Positions 13,935 through 27,845 of a stretch of DNA of 64,000 bases are shown here, piece after piece. How positions within the stretch are numbered: position 1 is the first letter of the stretch; the number at the start of each line of letters is the position of its first letter. Made by a program: the position numbers and the translations under genes. The stretch is taken from contig NC_090602.1 in NCBI RefSeq assembly GCF_000497125.1, positions 1,488,001-1,552,000 of the forward strand, in the 5' to 3' direction. The notes beneath the pieces are model-generated. The model was not told where the DNA came from. It was given only the letters and a program-made list of their open reading frames with translations, and did no database searches. The stretch is from Spironucleus salmonicida (Eukaryota).

Positions 13935-16900
13935 ATGTCTCACTAATCATTTTAGGTACCCCCGATCTTTTTAGACTCAGATTTTTAAGTTTTGTAGTAA
14001 CATAGCCAACAAGAATAATTACACGTTGTAAAAATCCCAGTATCTTAAACTTCTATAGATATGCCGTTAGTTTCTCCAGATACAATTAAATCTCTTATTA
14101 GCTGCACTAATTCGAACACAATCACACTATAAACGGTGTTTGGAGTATAAGATCACGTATCATTACAGTAAATTAGATTAAATATATTATAGACTATTAA
14201 ATAAAGAGGTTTTGATGGAATTCGTGCTATCTCGAGAGTATAACTATAATAGTTTTTAGATTCAAATCACTAATTTGATGTACAATTACGTAATTCTATA
14301 AAAGATTATCTTACTAGACCTATAGATAAAGAATGTATAGAAGCATAGTTTGATTCAAACCCATAATCTAATAGTACATTTTCAACTTTAAATTTACTCT
14401 AAAAAATCAAAGAATAATGCCAAGACTAGTAGCCTAGAGGTACCAAACGTTTCTATACGAAGAAGCTTATTTCATTCTTACTCGGAGATGGCCGTAATCC
14501 TTACCTTGGAAGAATGATTTTTTCTCAAATTGGCAATAAGATGACAGACTACCATCGACTTTAATTAAATAATAGTTTTGCACATTTTCATGTTACAAAA
14601 GGTTCAGAGAATCCTATTTTTAACGAAGAACTAACTGAAGAAATGTAAAACAGTCACTTATACGGATTTAACGGTCGGTCAGTTGTTATAGAGCATATAG
14701 AGCCATTTACACTAGGTCTTTAACTTCCAGGAATGGCTATGAAGCCATCATTTTTAGGTCATACGTAAAACTTAAATACATTCAAAGAAATTGTTGAATC
14801 AAAATTTTACAATAAAGGGAAAAACCCATTCACATTCCCATTTATTCCACAATCTAATTTAATCAACTCTTATGAATCACTAGAGAACCTAAAATATCAA
14901 CTTAAGACTCTATTTGTTTCAGAGGAATTAGACCATGCAGTACCAGTTTTAGAACTATGCCATGGAATCGCTCCATTTTCAAGTTACCAACAACAGAATC
15001 GCTTCCTTCTCACTAGAAATAGAAATAGTGCTATTACTCGTAATCCAGCATAGAAAATTGAGTCTAAACTAAAGCTTAATTCAAGTTAATTTACACTTCG
15101 AGAGCTTCCATTAGCATTTACTGTAGGTTAGTTCATACCAACAAAACATTTTGATATGAAATAAGCAGATTCAAAATAAGCGAAAACTTCACTATAATAG
15201 AGTTAATAAGACCCTAAAATGGTACTGGCAGAAATGTATAGGCGTGAAAGAAGCGCATAATTTTACTACAGAATAGTTCAAGTTTAAGAGGATAAAAAAG
15301 TAATTGATGCTGTGGCATCGGAAATTTTTCCACGAGAAAATAAAAATAAGGACTATTTAAAAATAGAAAGTAACAGAGTAGTATATAATGGCTTAGATGA
15401 GAACAACAAAATAGAAGAATTAACCAAACATATGCTAATTTATGAAAATTAAATTGCTACTTGTTAGTATGTATAACAATTTTGGGATAAAACTAAAGCT
15501 ATTAATTATTTCCACTAAATTTTTTAAGCATATAACAGGTATTCAAATAAAAAGACAGTGGAAGAGAAGTACAGTCATGTGTGGTTTATGTTAGACCGAT
15601 TTTTGGGTTGGATGAACTTATCTCAAAGCCTGATTTGTAATAATAGACTCGCAAAATATTACTGGATTTCAACTTACTAGACACCAGATTAAAGCTAACA
15701 TGTGATTCTACAACACAATACATTCAAGTCTTTCGCACCATCATAAGTATATTAAAAATGCTAATAAATAGATAGCTCAATTATCAAATAACTGAAATTT
15801 TCATCTGTTACATCTCAAAATTATACTTCAAACTACAAAAAAGTTGAAGACTACGGCCGTCAAGATTCAATTTCACTTCGTGATCCTTTTGAAAACAATA
15901 TATGTTTTAATGTTAATGCACAGCGTATTTAAGTTTGTCACAAGTACAATTTGATAGGCCAAACATTTATGCATACAATGACCCAAGAATAACAACGTGG
16001 CGTTTAAAACTGGTAGGCTCGCTACGATCAAGCATTTAAAAAGCTTGAATCAATTGATTTGTTCACTCAAGAAGCTAGGCAATCAGTAACTCAATTGAAC
16101 TACTAAAAACGTCGTAAAAATATATAAAACCAAGATAGTTATGTAGAAACACATTTAAACTGTTTATATGTCGATGTTAAATAATTAAAAACGGCTTTTA
16201 TGAAAATGTAGTAAACGAACTGCCATCCAAATTAGCTAGATAACGCTGAAATGAATGTTTTTGTTGAGAATTCGGAATTGCGTAAGTTAGTTCCAACTGT
16301 TATCAAAAAGGTTATGGAACGTGGAAACGAGCAGTCGAGGTCCCTATCAAACAACGAATATTATGATGTTTTATTCGCTGCTGGTTAAAAAATAGTTCAT
16401 TCTATCAATGAATTTATAAAGTGTAATGGCCAAAAGGGCCCTATTGTGAAACGTTATATTAGCGATAACTTGAATTAAATGGAAAAAGCAATGAAATTTT
16501 TCAGCGAATCTGGTGATAGTTTCAACCTCATGTCACATGATATATTTACAGTATAAATAGACAAACTTTTATCTAAGGATCTGAGTAATTTAGAACCAAT
16601 AAAGGGATACAAGTCAACACAGAATACTACCAATTTTAAACAAGAGGGGAAGGTTATCAACGAATAAATTTTTATTAATTACGATGCTTTGCAGACAATG
16701 TAAAAATAATCAGTTTCTCGTGATATCCATTTATCACAAGAGTATAACGAGGCTATGTACGAACTTGGTCGTTTTTTAAAAATAAAAAAGGTATCCGAGC
16801 GTGAACAAATCGAATTTTAGATTTTCTTTTCAAATGGTTTTGAAGTCTTAATTAACGATAAAAACTGTTTTGATGATGCGTCATAATTTATTAAATAACA

Positions 16901-18035
16901 AAAGGATGTAAAGGAGTTTATTAATGAATTTTAAAAATTAGATGATAAAGCTAAAAACTACTGTAATTAGACATATAAATATGCTGTTAGCAATCGGTTT
17001 GTGTCTCCACCTATTTGCGGAAATCAGAACTGCAATTTTAAGTTTAATCAGACAATTGATCAGGATGTTTATTACGTAAATTTATAATAATCATATTTGA
17101 ATAATATAGAATTTCACGATGGATATAGCTTAATAACGTTTGACAAACCTATTTCTGAAATGGGAAGCTTCGTTAATTCTCAGCAAAAAGCTTATCTTTT
17201 GACTATGAATTCAAAGTCAAAAGCGGCTGCTCTGAATCAAAACCTCGATTGGGCAACTGCCTACCAACACGATCTAGATATTATTGAATAATTTCCGGTA
17301 AAAATAGATCTAGACCAATTCTTAAATTCTAGAAAAAAATTTACAGAACAAATTAAAAATATCTAATTATATAATAACTAAATTAGTTTAGTATCAGAGT
17401 TTATTAAGTCAGTACCTATTACCCAGGCATAGCTCTTTGATAAATAACTAGTGCTAACAGAAAAGTTCTTTGACTTTGATGGAGGCATTTTGTAGCAGGG
17501 AATCTCATAATTTTATACCCGTATGACCTAACAGTTTTATGATATTTATGCTAAAATAAACGATGGAAAGCGCCCAGACTTCCTTGATGATATTTAAAAA
17601 TTATTGAACAATAAGTAGAATCTATCTATTAGATATATTTTAATAAAGTAAGTTGTGCATTTGCTCAAACTAGTGCTCAAATAATCATTATACGTTATGG
17701 AGCCATGGACGCTGGACGATATAAAATCAGAGAAGAATTTGAGGTTGCTGTACCGAAAAGAAGCGGTAGAAGTGGATGGAAGATGTTTTGGAACAAGATC
17801 TTTTTGGGGGTCAGTATTGTACTTAATGGACGAGTTAAGAGCATGGAATGCACGTTCTGATGAGGAAAATGTTTACTATTTCGGGCTACGTGCTGGAGAT
17901 TTGCTAGCTGCACATGAATCTTAAGAACGCGGCTTGCTGACTGTTTAACTCGTTCGTTAAGAATAAATTTAATCAACTTAGATCTTAGAGGAGGATATTT
18001 TCGAATCTGAGTGTAGGAGGAAGGGGTTCTTGTGA
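13935..18035 (+). CDS. 1366-aa protein, probable divergent TFIID subunit 1 (TAF1)-like (DUF3591 region, possible degenerate C-terminal bromodomain)
   Basis: Continuous frame including track ORFs 17097 and 17697. Colinear motifs KMTDYHRLQL, HLYGFNGRSVVIEHIEPFTLGLQLPGMAMK, APF...RFLLTR, FTLRELPLAFTVGQFIP resemble TAF1 core motifs. ORF is secure; identity is moderately confident. Confidence 0.65.
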
Positions 18036-18604
18036 TATGGGTATTGATAATTTTTATTTTTTAAGTTATATTTGTATGCTCAGTTGCTAGAAGTATATTC
18101 TAATGTTTTAATATTTGCCGTTATTATTTTATTTAAAGATCTTTTATCCAGTAAATTTGTTTGAAATATTTGAGTATACGAATACTATAAAACGTTAATA
18201 AAATGTCAACTTAATTGGAATAAAGTTACAGTTACACATATAATATTTCTAAGGGTCATATTTAATGCATTAAATAGGCATTAGTAATAGGAAATATATA
18301 CATGATAAATTAAGCATAAATTGACGTACCAAAAAAGATGAGTTAATACAACTAGGAAAACTAAAGTAGTTTAAACTGAGCATTATGGTAAATGATTGAA
18401 TAATTAGTAATCATGACAGAGATATCCCTACTGCCCTTTCACAGTTAACTAACATAAATAATAGATTCACCAAATTATATTTAACTTTGATAATTATTAA
18501 ACAATCAACTTATTGATATAAAAGATGTAATAAATATACTATTTTCAAAATAATACAATAAAATATTCATCATTCGAGCTAACCTGAAGGAGTATTTACC
18601 TATT

Positions 18605-21349
18605 TCACACTTCTCTAATCTCAGTTTCCCCATTATAATCTTCTTCTTCAGTCTCCCAAAGTTCCTCTCCACACTCTTTGCCATTTCGTTCCATATACTA
18701 TAAAACTGCAAAATTTACACCTCCCAAATCTTCCTAATATTCACAATTTTCAATTTTACTTTATAATTATTTATTTACATAAACACAGCTAAAAATTCCT
18801 CCACTCTCTATAAGAACCTCCTCAATGAACCGTTATTCGTCAAATTTTGCTATTTCCCCTTCAGCTTTGTAGAATTAAATATCATCAGGCAGATCTTAAA
18901 TTCTGAATTCTGTGAAATTTTTAAGTTTTTTAAACCCTAAAAATTAGTTCTTTAAATACTAAACTTCATAAAAAGGTGTAGAAATCTTAATAATATTCGG
19001 TATAATTTAACGCAAAAATTCAGGATTCAAGTTAGAAAGTGGTAAATATTGTGCATGTTGTATCTATAGTTATTACACAGCTGAAGATTCTAAATAAAAT
19101 AAATCTTTATTTTATTTAGAGATATTATCATTAATTAATAAAACAAATGATAAATCTTATACATTAGGTTTGAATAATGCGATTGACTTGAATTTTTAAT
19201 CGAAAAGCATCTGATCCAATGAATTTAATGCGATTTAACACAAGATTGATAATCTCTTAAAAAGCTGTTCGCTAATATTTGAGAACATAGTGCCTTCTTC
19301 GTCTCCCTTAACTGCAATTTTCAAATATTTAGGAATTTCCATAATATCATCTAGTTTCACATTAATTTCAAATTTTCTCTCTTAATTATAAGCGAAAAAT
19401 TTTAGAAAATGACGAAATAAACTCAAGGAACTGAAAATATGGTTTTCAGTATCTTTAAGCTTGCTATTTTCACTAAATGGTATGGCACATATCATTTCAA
19501 TTAGCTCATTACTTATCATATTTTCACAACAAATACTTTAATATGGAGATTTTTAAACCTAAAAATCTACAACTTTAGTCGCCTGATTCACAATATTTTT
19601 AAGATCATTTTCTAACAAATTTTCTTCAGTTAAAAGTTCCTCAAAAGATGTATTTTGTTCGCTTGCAATTCGTTAGAAACGTTCTATTAGTTATATCATT
19701 TATGGTGAATTAAAAACTCCTAAATAATCAATTAAAGCTGGCTAAAATGAGTACGTAGGAATCAGCTGCATTTGAAGAAACTGCTTAGCGAGCTATATAG
19801 CTTGTGAATATGATGGATACTGTTAAATTAATGTATTAGTAAGCTGGGAGTGTTAAATTATCGATCTTTAGAGTTTGTATAAATAATCAAACTTAGAGAC
19901 TGAAAGTGATTTTTAAATTATTTAATCAGCATCTGTGAGACATAAGAGACGGACAGTTATTAAGGTATTTTGGGATGTAAGAAGCTAGGCCTCTAAGTGC
20001 GTATTATGATTTTAGAGTTAAATTCCATGTTATTTTGGCAATAGATTTGTCAATTTCTACAAAATAAGTGCTTTTAAGAGTTAATTTGCAGCTGGCGTCC
20101 AGTACCAATTTCCAAATCCGGTTACTGAAATAAACCCATTTAAATTAATATCATTTGTTTAGTTGATAGTTATATCAAAAACTGTAAAAGGAAAATTGTG
20201 ATTTTAGTTGATTTGGGATAGGTAATACTTAAAGGTCGATAAAGTTTCTGTGAGTTAGAAATCATATTTGGATTCTACATGTCTTTCTAATTTTTAGCTA
20301 TGGAAACATTAATACGATTTAGTATCGGAGTGAATTGTTGAAATATAACGGAGCAGCGACTCTACAAATAAGTCTTTTGATTCAAATTCTTCAAAAATTG
20401 TACAAATTCGCATTTCACCGTTTTAGAATCTCCTGAACTCAGCTTTTTAACCAAATAATAGCTTGAACTTCTGAACTGCTACTTTTTCTGTGACTAATGG
20501 CCCTTTGAATATCTAAAATGGTATGAAATCAGATTTATACTAGACTTAAAAATAGCAAGTTTCATTCTCATAATCGCTTAAAACTAAGTTAGAAATACTA
20601 AAAAGTGACAGAACTTCCTAAATTATCTCTTTTAAATTTTCAAAATTTTCAAAATTACTTAATTAGAGTGAAAAATAGAAATCGAATTGACAATAACAGC
20701 TATACGGTAACGGTGGGGCCCTCAGATTTGTTTTCTGCGGTATGAGAATTGGCAAGACATTAAACTCCTTTTTGCTCAAAAGGTTGAAATAAGCATTGTC
20801 GATAGCCTGCTGCCAGTAGATCTCGTGAGGCGAAAAAGCTATTTTAAGCTACTAAACTGTCGATAAAAACACCTTCAGAATCTACTCGGAATGAGAGAGG
20901 CTCAGGAGTACGTTGTTGGCGCTACACGCCTGCTGGACAATTTGGATCGCCCGGAGGACTGAAATATCGTGCTGGTGCGCGCTAGCGCTCTGATACAAAA
21001 TGAGGACCAATGAGAACAGGTTTTCGTTCGTTTAGAATTCAGGCAGGTCGCCGTAGGGCCAGTTTGGCTTCGTATCGAATATCTGGTTCTCTATTTGGAT
21101 TTTCTGGGCATTTTCGGTGTATAAAGTAGTAATTTCTGGTGAAAAACAGAAGGGGCATCCGACGGTAAAAAGTGATTTCGCAGTAATTTTTTAGACTTTC
21201 AGGGCTGTTTGGATCTGCTTAGCGGATAGAGTTTAGACAGTTTCCACGTGGAATCCAGACGCAAATTCAGCTATTTAAGGTGATAGGAAATTCAGCGTCT
21301 GAAATTGAGCACGTAATGCGAATTGCTCGTTAAGCGAGAGCTGGTTCAT
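18605..21349 (-). CDS. UTP22: Nrap/Utp22/NOL6 family small-subunit processome protein, 914 aa
   Basis: FKGPL...FKLLFGQKAEFRRFQNGEMR matches the Nrap signature (F.FWG.KAELRRF.DG.I); later YPSYSQAIQLAKQFL also fits. Confidence 0.8.
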
Positions 21350-21354
21350 GTTTG

Positions 21355-21362
21355 TGGAGCGG
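21355..21362 (-). promoter_or_regulatory. C-rich element CCGCTCCA upstream of UTP22
   Basis: 5 nt before the ATG; same octamer as before RPL41. Confidence 0.6.
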
Positions 21363-21426
21363 AAAGCAGAATGGAGGAATTAAAAGATGTATTTATATAT
21401 AATATTTGCATATACATAAAGTTCAA

Positions 21427-22470
21427 ATGTTGATTTTTATTTTTGGGTTATAGGTGCAAACCGGAGTTTCAATTTCGATCACCAAAGACGGTATTATGGC
21501 TTATATAGATAAACTCATAGATTATGCAGTTTTTAATTTGTAAAATTTTGATTTTGGGAATTTTGATGAAAAAATAGATTTAGGGTTAACTGGTTTTAGA
21601 GTTTAAATTGATAATATACGAATCACGGATTTTATGGCATATAATTATACATTTACATTACAACCCTAGTATTTTGACATTAAAAATGCCGTTATTTAGG
21701 GTTCACTTTAGTACAATATATTTTAAACTTCATTCCCTTATCTGGAGTTTAAGGGTGGATCTACTGGATTAATGAATTTAAATGTGTTTGCAGAAGTTAA
21801 TTTTTATTTGAATGAAAGTACTAAGCTTCTAAATTTTAAATTAGTTTCAATATCAACACAGATAGTTAATATTGAACTGTATTTGTAAGATGGGTACTTA
21901 AATTAGTTATTTACTACATTTAAATATGTTTTTGAGGATCTTATTACTAAAGCAATTTTTCCTGTTGGATATCAAATCTTAGGTTAAATAATTAATGGGT
22001 TTTTAAATTTTAATTATTTAATAAAGAGTGGTGAGTGCACTTATAGTTATTAGTTTAATAATTTTAAGGTAGATAGTAGGTATATCGTATTTTAACATCA
22101 AGGATTTTGCAATACAGCTGTTGATACATTCTTGCTTCCAGATAATTATACATCTGATTAAATAAATTATATTATCTCAATAGATGTAATCAAAAGTGTA
22201 TTTGGTGAAAATATATAGATAAGTATACGAAATGGCATCGTTGTGAGACTAAATGGATTGAAATCTTTATGCCAGGTAGTTCTAAAATCAGTAGTGGATG
22301 ATAATGATAACACTAAGTTACGTGGGTAAGTTTAACTAAATTGTGAAAATAAGTAAATTGAGATGCTATTTAATAAAAATGCTCCATTATTATATAATGT
22401 ATGGTTTGTATAGTTTGGAAATATCATATACTAGCCAAATTATGTTATTTTAACGGGATACTTTATCTGA
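21427..22470 (+). CDS. BPI/LBP-like (TULIP) lipid-binding protein, 347 aa
   Basis: Short hydrophobic leader, then GVSISITKDGIMAYIDKL...IDNIRITDF, typical of BPI-like N-termini. Confidence 0.65.
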
Positions 22471-22482
22471 GTTGATTATTTA

Positions 22483-22995
22483 TCAATAGTAATCTTTAGA
22501 TGATGTGGATTATTCAGTTTCAGTTATATAATAATCTTCGCTAAATAACTCTGATAATTATAGATTTAAATTAATATAATGAAATAATTAAGAGTCTGTT
22601 TGCTCATAATCATCACTTAAATCATCATCATCATCACTTTATTCATCAAATGATGAATATGTATACGAATTTTCATCTGTAAAGTCGTCATTAGTTAAGC
22701 GTTAATTATAAGATTCTTTATAATGAAATACCTTACTTTATTATGCTATAATTTTAGGACAAAGTATAATTTTGTTTAGTTAGTTCTTTTTAAATCCTAG
22801 TTTTGCCAGGCTGATTCCTGGAGCAATGGTAGGTAAAAGCTATCCATTAAAAATGAAGTAATAATATTTTTACTATAAGTTGAATGAATATTCTTTTATT
22901 TACTTTATAAGATTAGTTAATAACATTTGACTATCACTAAGCACAATTCTTTTGGATCTTACTCCAAAAATTTTTAGGTAGATATCAAGACCCAT
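22483..22995 (-). CDS. Ubiquitin-like domain protein with acidic tail, 170 aa
   Basis: IYLKIFG...YFIFNGQLL...SLAKLGF beta-grasp-like pattern; Asp-rich run near 22615-22640. Confidence 0.6.
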
Positions 22996-23026
22996 TTTGA
23001 AATAATTATATATAATTATAAAGTTA

Positions 23027-24661
23027 TCACATATCACTGGCAAATTTCTACAATAGTACCCAGTTCATAACCTTATCGTCAGCCGTCTCTTCTAATCTCC
23101 AGCTAGTGCTCATATTCGCAGCAGAAACAAAGAATTAGTCAACACTGAAATCGTTTAATGCAACTTTGTTTACTTTCTTTGATTGAAGCAGCCTTTTAGC
23201 CTACTGTATGGTGTTATCTTATCCGATTGATTATTTCATTGCTGAAGTAATAAGATTTCGTTGGTTAGAATCGTTGTTTGAGATAATGTTGAAATAAACA
23301 AGGTCACGAATGATTCCTTACTAAATATCTTCATAAGGACATTCTTATAATGTAATCGCAGCTAAATTTAGTATCTCGTTGTTCCCCGCATCACACCCAT
23401 ACTATATATACCCATATAGTTTATGAATATCTTTAGCTAGTACTAGGTCATCTCTAGCTTCAGGTACATCATTTTCACTGAAAAATTATTCTAAACCGTT
23501 CAAATCGACTTCAGAAGTTTACTAGCCACATATTTCCTAAATTTTACCTACAATTGCATTTCTGAGCATATCAGATGACTATGATACTCCTGCTAACTAT
23601 GAGTAGTGTCCAGCTAGAAAAAAATTGTGATCTTCTTCTGCTAATCGAGCCATTCGCATATTTAATAGTTTAGACTACTCAGTAGAAGGAAAAATTGTAT
23701 TTGCAAAATTTGCCATTTCATTATAAATTTAAGCTAAATTTCCAGACTAAATTAATATAGAAAAACAGTAGTTTTTTGCATTGAGAAGTTTCTCAGTATA
23801 GACTTAAAAGAGGGTTTGTGGAGCATTTTCGAGAATATAAAGACAATCAATAAGCTATGATTTGGCCTAAAGGGAAGCGATTTCAATAAGTACTTTTGTG
23901 TAATTTGTCAAATTAGAAACCTGACGTGTTCTTACAGCCGCATCCAAAGCTATAAACAGCACGAATCTCTCCTCTTCAGAAGTGAACGTAGTAGAAATAA
24001 CGTCAAAGAGTTTTTCCAAAGGTTGAGGGTTCTACAAAAATCGCAATACTTGCGTAAAGAATTTAGCGAATTTTGATTATTAAGTATTTGCTTATGAATG
24101 TTCTTCTAGTTTATACGTTTTTTATTATTTTAATTAAATAAGTAAATAATACAAATACTGAATTGCTGGATCATTTGAGAGTTTTTTTGAAAATTCTGGG
24201 TCTAATTTCTTCTATATAAGCTGATAAACTGGAAGATGAACAGGGTCTGAAACGGTTTGAATTGGTACGTTTTGTTGCAAGGAATTAAGAATTTGCTGAG
24301 ATTGTGGTGTATTACGAGTTTAAAGAAGTTTAAAGAGGCTTTGAATGTCATTGGTCAAAAGAAGCTTCACTTACTATTTCTGATCATCCAGAGAAATGTC
24401 TTGAGTGAAGAAAGTGACAGCATTTGATAGAGTTTGAATTATAAGAAATGGCGAAAGATCGTTATTAAGCCGTGAATAAGTGAGTTGAAATAAAGTTTAT
24501 AGTTAGAAATTAAGAGGTTAGCTAAAGTGTTTTGGAACTTACTCAAGAACAGGAGAAATCAATGCAAATGTAGCAACTTTAGACTAAATAGTTTAATTAA
24601 GTAGCATGATGTGACGCATTGTCCGTTTAGATAAGATAACAAATTAGGTTGAGCACTTCAT
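23027..24661 (-). CDS. Hypothetical alpha-helical protein (up to 544 aa)
   Basis: Open frame to TGA 23027; alternative downstream in-frame ATGs near 24610-24620. Confidence 0.8.
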
Positions 24662-25203
24662 GTTAATTTTTTAGAATGAAAATTTAATACACAAATATTA
24701 GTGTATAAAATTATTTAAATAACTAAATTTATTTAATAGTTACCGTTCAATAGTGAAATACAATGTCAGTTAAAATAGATTAAATAATAAGTTAAATAAT
24801 CAGTTTAAGGTACGATTGATTAAATTTTGATACTATTTATGATTGAATATCATGCTTCTTAAATTTCTGCAAATAATTCAACTACTTCATAGTTCTATAA
24901 AAATATGTTAGTTAAATCTTTCTTTATATTAAGACTTACATTTTTATTTAGGCTAATTATTACTTTTAGCTTTTAATTCATGATATAAATATTATTCTTA
25001 TTTCTATAAATAAATAATAATCATTATAGATTTGATTGTGAATATAATAGGAGATAATTACACAAAAGTCATTCATTAAATATTAATCTAGATAATCGAA
25101 TTATAAATAATTACACTTTTAATATTTTGTTAAAGTTACATGTAACTATTTTACATAGCAGACTGATATAATAATTAAAATTGCAGTGTATTGATATCAT
25201 ATA

Positions 25204-25533
25204 TCATTTACGGTATTTATTTGCGAGATTAGTTCTATATTCATTATAAACTATTTAGTTAGGTAAAGCAAATTGTTTCTTTTATGCGATTTCTTATAAT
25301 ATATTCGAGAAAATATATTAATGCTTGTATCTTGGTTCCAGATCTTAAAATTAAATAGTGACGAATTGATTAAGAGGAGCCTTTATACTACTAGATTCTA
25401 GTTTAGATACTATGTTATTTCTTTTAACAAGTGGTAGTTCAAATTTTGTGTTCAAATTTCGGACAACTTGTATACTTTTCTCTACTCGTAAGATTTCATT
25501 TAATATTATCATCAATTTTTCATTTTTAATCAT
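25204..25533 (-). CDS. Hypothetical protein (109 aa)
   Basis: Track ORF 25351-25533 extended through TAA to TGA 25204. Confidence 0.45.
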
Positions 25534-25602
25534 TACTAGAATAAAATTATAATAAATTATATTTGAAATATATTAATCACTAATAATTTAAGATATTTAA
25601 TA

Positions 25603-26832
25603 TCAAATGAATTTAGCAAGATCTGCAATTAAAGCATGATAACCAACATGGTCTAAAACACCTTAAATCGTGAAATAAAACTCTTGTATATCATGTACGC
25701 TTACCTATACTAAATTTCCTTTCATAAACTAGAATACGTTTCCAGCTATAAATAAATCAGTTTTTCTAGTTAACCGCTGGCTTAATATTCTGATTTCTGG
25801 AAGATATCCAATTTAAGCAATAAAATATTACTCACAAAGTTAAAAATTCTTTTCGTCAGACTAGATTATAGTATCATTATCAAAATCGTCAACACTTTGC
25901 TTAACATCACTGGATTTATTCTTTAATTTTAACATAGAAAGTCTCATTCTCATAAGTGTAACAGCTTATGCATGAAATGAGAATTAGGGAAGATAATCAA
26001 ACCCGTTTAAAATTGTTGTCGAAAAAGATTTTGCTAACATCGAAAAATTATAGTCGCCAACAATACATTATCCGCAGTTAATAGTAGTAGCATTATACTT
26101 TTACAACCTAAGTAGATATGTTAAAATAACTGAAATTGAAGCACCAATTGAATATCCAATGATTTTAATATCTTTGTTTTAATCCAGTGTCTTTTTAAGA
26201 ATTTACATTACATAGGATGCTGCTGCAAAGAACCCAGAGTGAAAATAGTATCCATAATGATATTCAGGTGTAAAATCAAGAGTGGTGTAAGCATCATTAA
26301 AATTTGTTGATGCTCTAATAACTACTGTATACGTTTTATTTGCCTCGGATACAAAAAATGATGGTGTTCTAAATGTAGACATTTAATCGTAATCAAGAAT
26401 AATTGTGTCCTTAAATTCTTAATATTTCCAATAGGCTACTTATTTTTCAGAAAGAGATACAAAATTAGTTTTCTCTATAAATTTATCTCGAATTAACAAT
26501 TTTAAATATGTCTATGGAGTTACAGACTATTACTTAGACATTTATTATTGTTATAATTCGTTGAAGTCTACCGATACTCTTATGCTACGAACTATCTCTT
26601 TGATTTGGTCATTATCTTCTAGTTTTTAGTAAAACTGATAGTGTTCTCCATATTTATAGCATTCCAGATGCTGAAACATAAATATTAGTAGCATCATTAC
26701 AAAAGAAAAAGTTGTTTACCCTGCAAGATACAGTTATCTCTTAAATTCAATATAAAACGTATTAAACACAAGCTTTTATGCAGATTTATTGAATGAAGTT
26801 TCATTTTCTAATAGGTTATTTACAGTTTCCAT
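25603..26832 (-). CDS. Class 3 lipase (alpha/beta hydrolase), 409 aa
   Basis: VVIRASTNFNDAYT, FHSGFFAAA, nucleophile elbow GYSIG, NGFDYLP (Asp) and C-terminal VLDH (His). Confidence 0.85.
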
Positions 26833-27845
26833 ATTAAAATTATATACTTTCTAGAAATATATATATATATTTATATATAGTTCTTTGAAATTGCATATTT
26901 CAAACTTATATATAATAAATTTATATTTACATCTGAATAATATATAGCATCTATATAATAAATTAATATATTAGTTTTGTGTAAAGTTGTCAAAGCGTGT
27001 AAAGTTAAGATATAAATTAAATAATAGTAAAATATATAAATTAAACTTCAGAAAAATATCGAATTATGTTTATAAATGAAAAATAAAATGCTTTTAGAAT
27101 AATTTTCTGTATAACATTAAAACAATATGATGTCATATTATTATTACAAAATTTTATCTACAACAAACATACGTTTTGTTAAATATGATTTCAGCAATGA
27201 CTAGAATTAATTAAAATTAATTGTTTGTTGCTTTCTTCTGATAGTAAATAACTGATTATTACCTGTTAATTGTGTGAAAAGCATTAGTTACTTCTTATAA
27301 ATATTTTTGTTTAAATCTATCGTAATGTTCACTTGCTAAAATATGGAAATAAATTATATTCTCTATATATAATGCCATATTATATTTAATTATAATTAAA
27401 TAGGCTCTAATATATAATCCACATCTAAACGAAAGAGTAATTGCTTTAAGTATCAATCATGCAATTGTGCAAATTTTATTTAAATTTCTATAAGTTTCTA
27501 GTTAATTCGTCGTCTGCTCCTCAATTTTTACTACAACTCGATAAACAAATACTTGTATCAGAATTTTGTAATCATATTCACACAAATTTATACAATAATT
27601 AAAAAGATACCAAAATATATTTTAATCACTAATGATTAAATTACTAATTTTATTATTTATAATGCTGTTTTCTACGTTATAATTCCATAAACTCCTCTTC
27701 AGTCAAAATAATTTAAACATTATTTTCCATTAAAAATTATTTATACTAATAATATATAATATTAATATATTTATTTTTCATTACCATTTTGGATAGATAA
27801 TATAACGATTGTAATATCTTCACAAAACCGCTCATATTTTCCAAA

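Noticed and set aside
18036-18604. Short ORFs, and a possible box C/D snoRNA (ATGATGA on the minus strand, loose LSU-like complement near 18420-18440)
   Set aside because: No properly placed box D, and the rRNA match is too loose.
26850-27840. Long AT-rich stretch with (TA)n runs
   Set aside because: No convincing ORF or structure seen; treated as a divergent promoter spacer.
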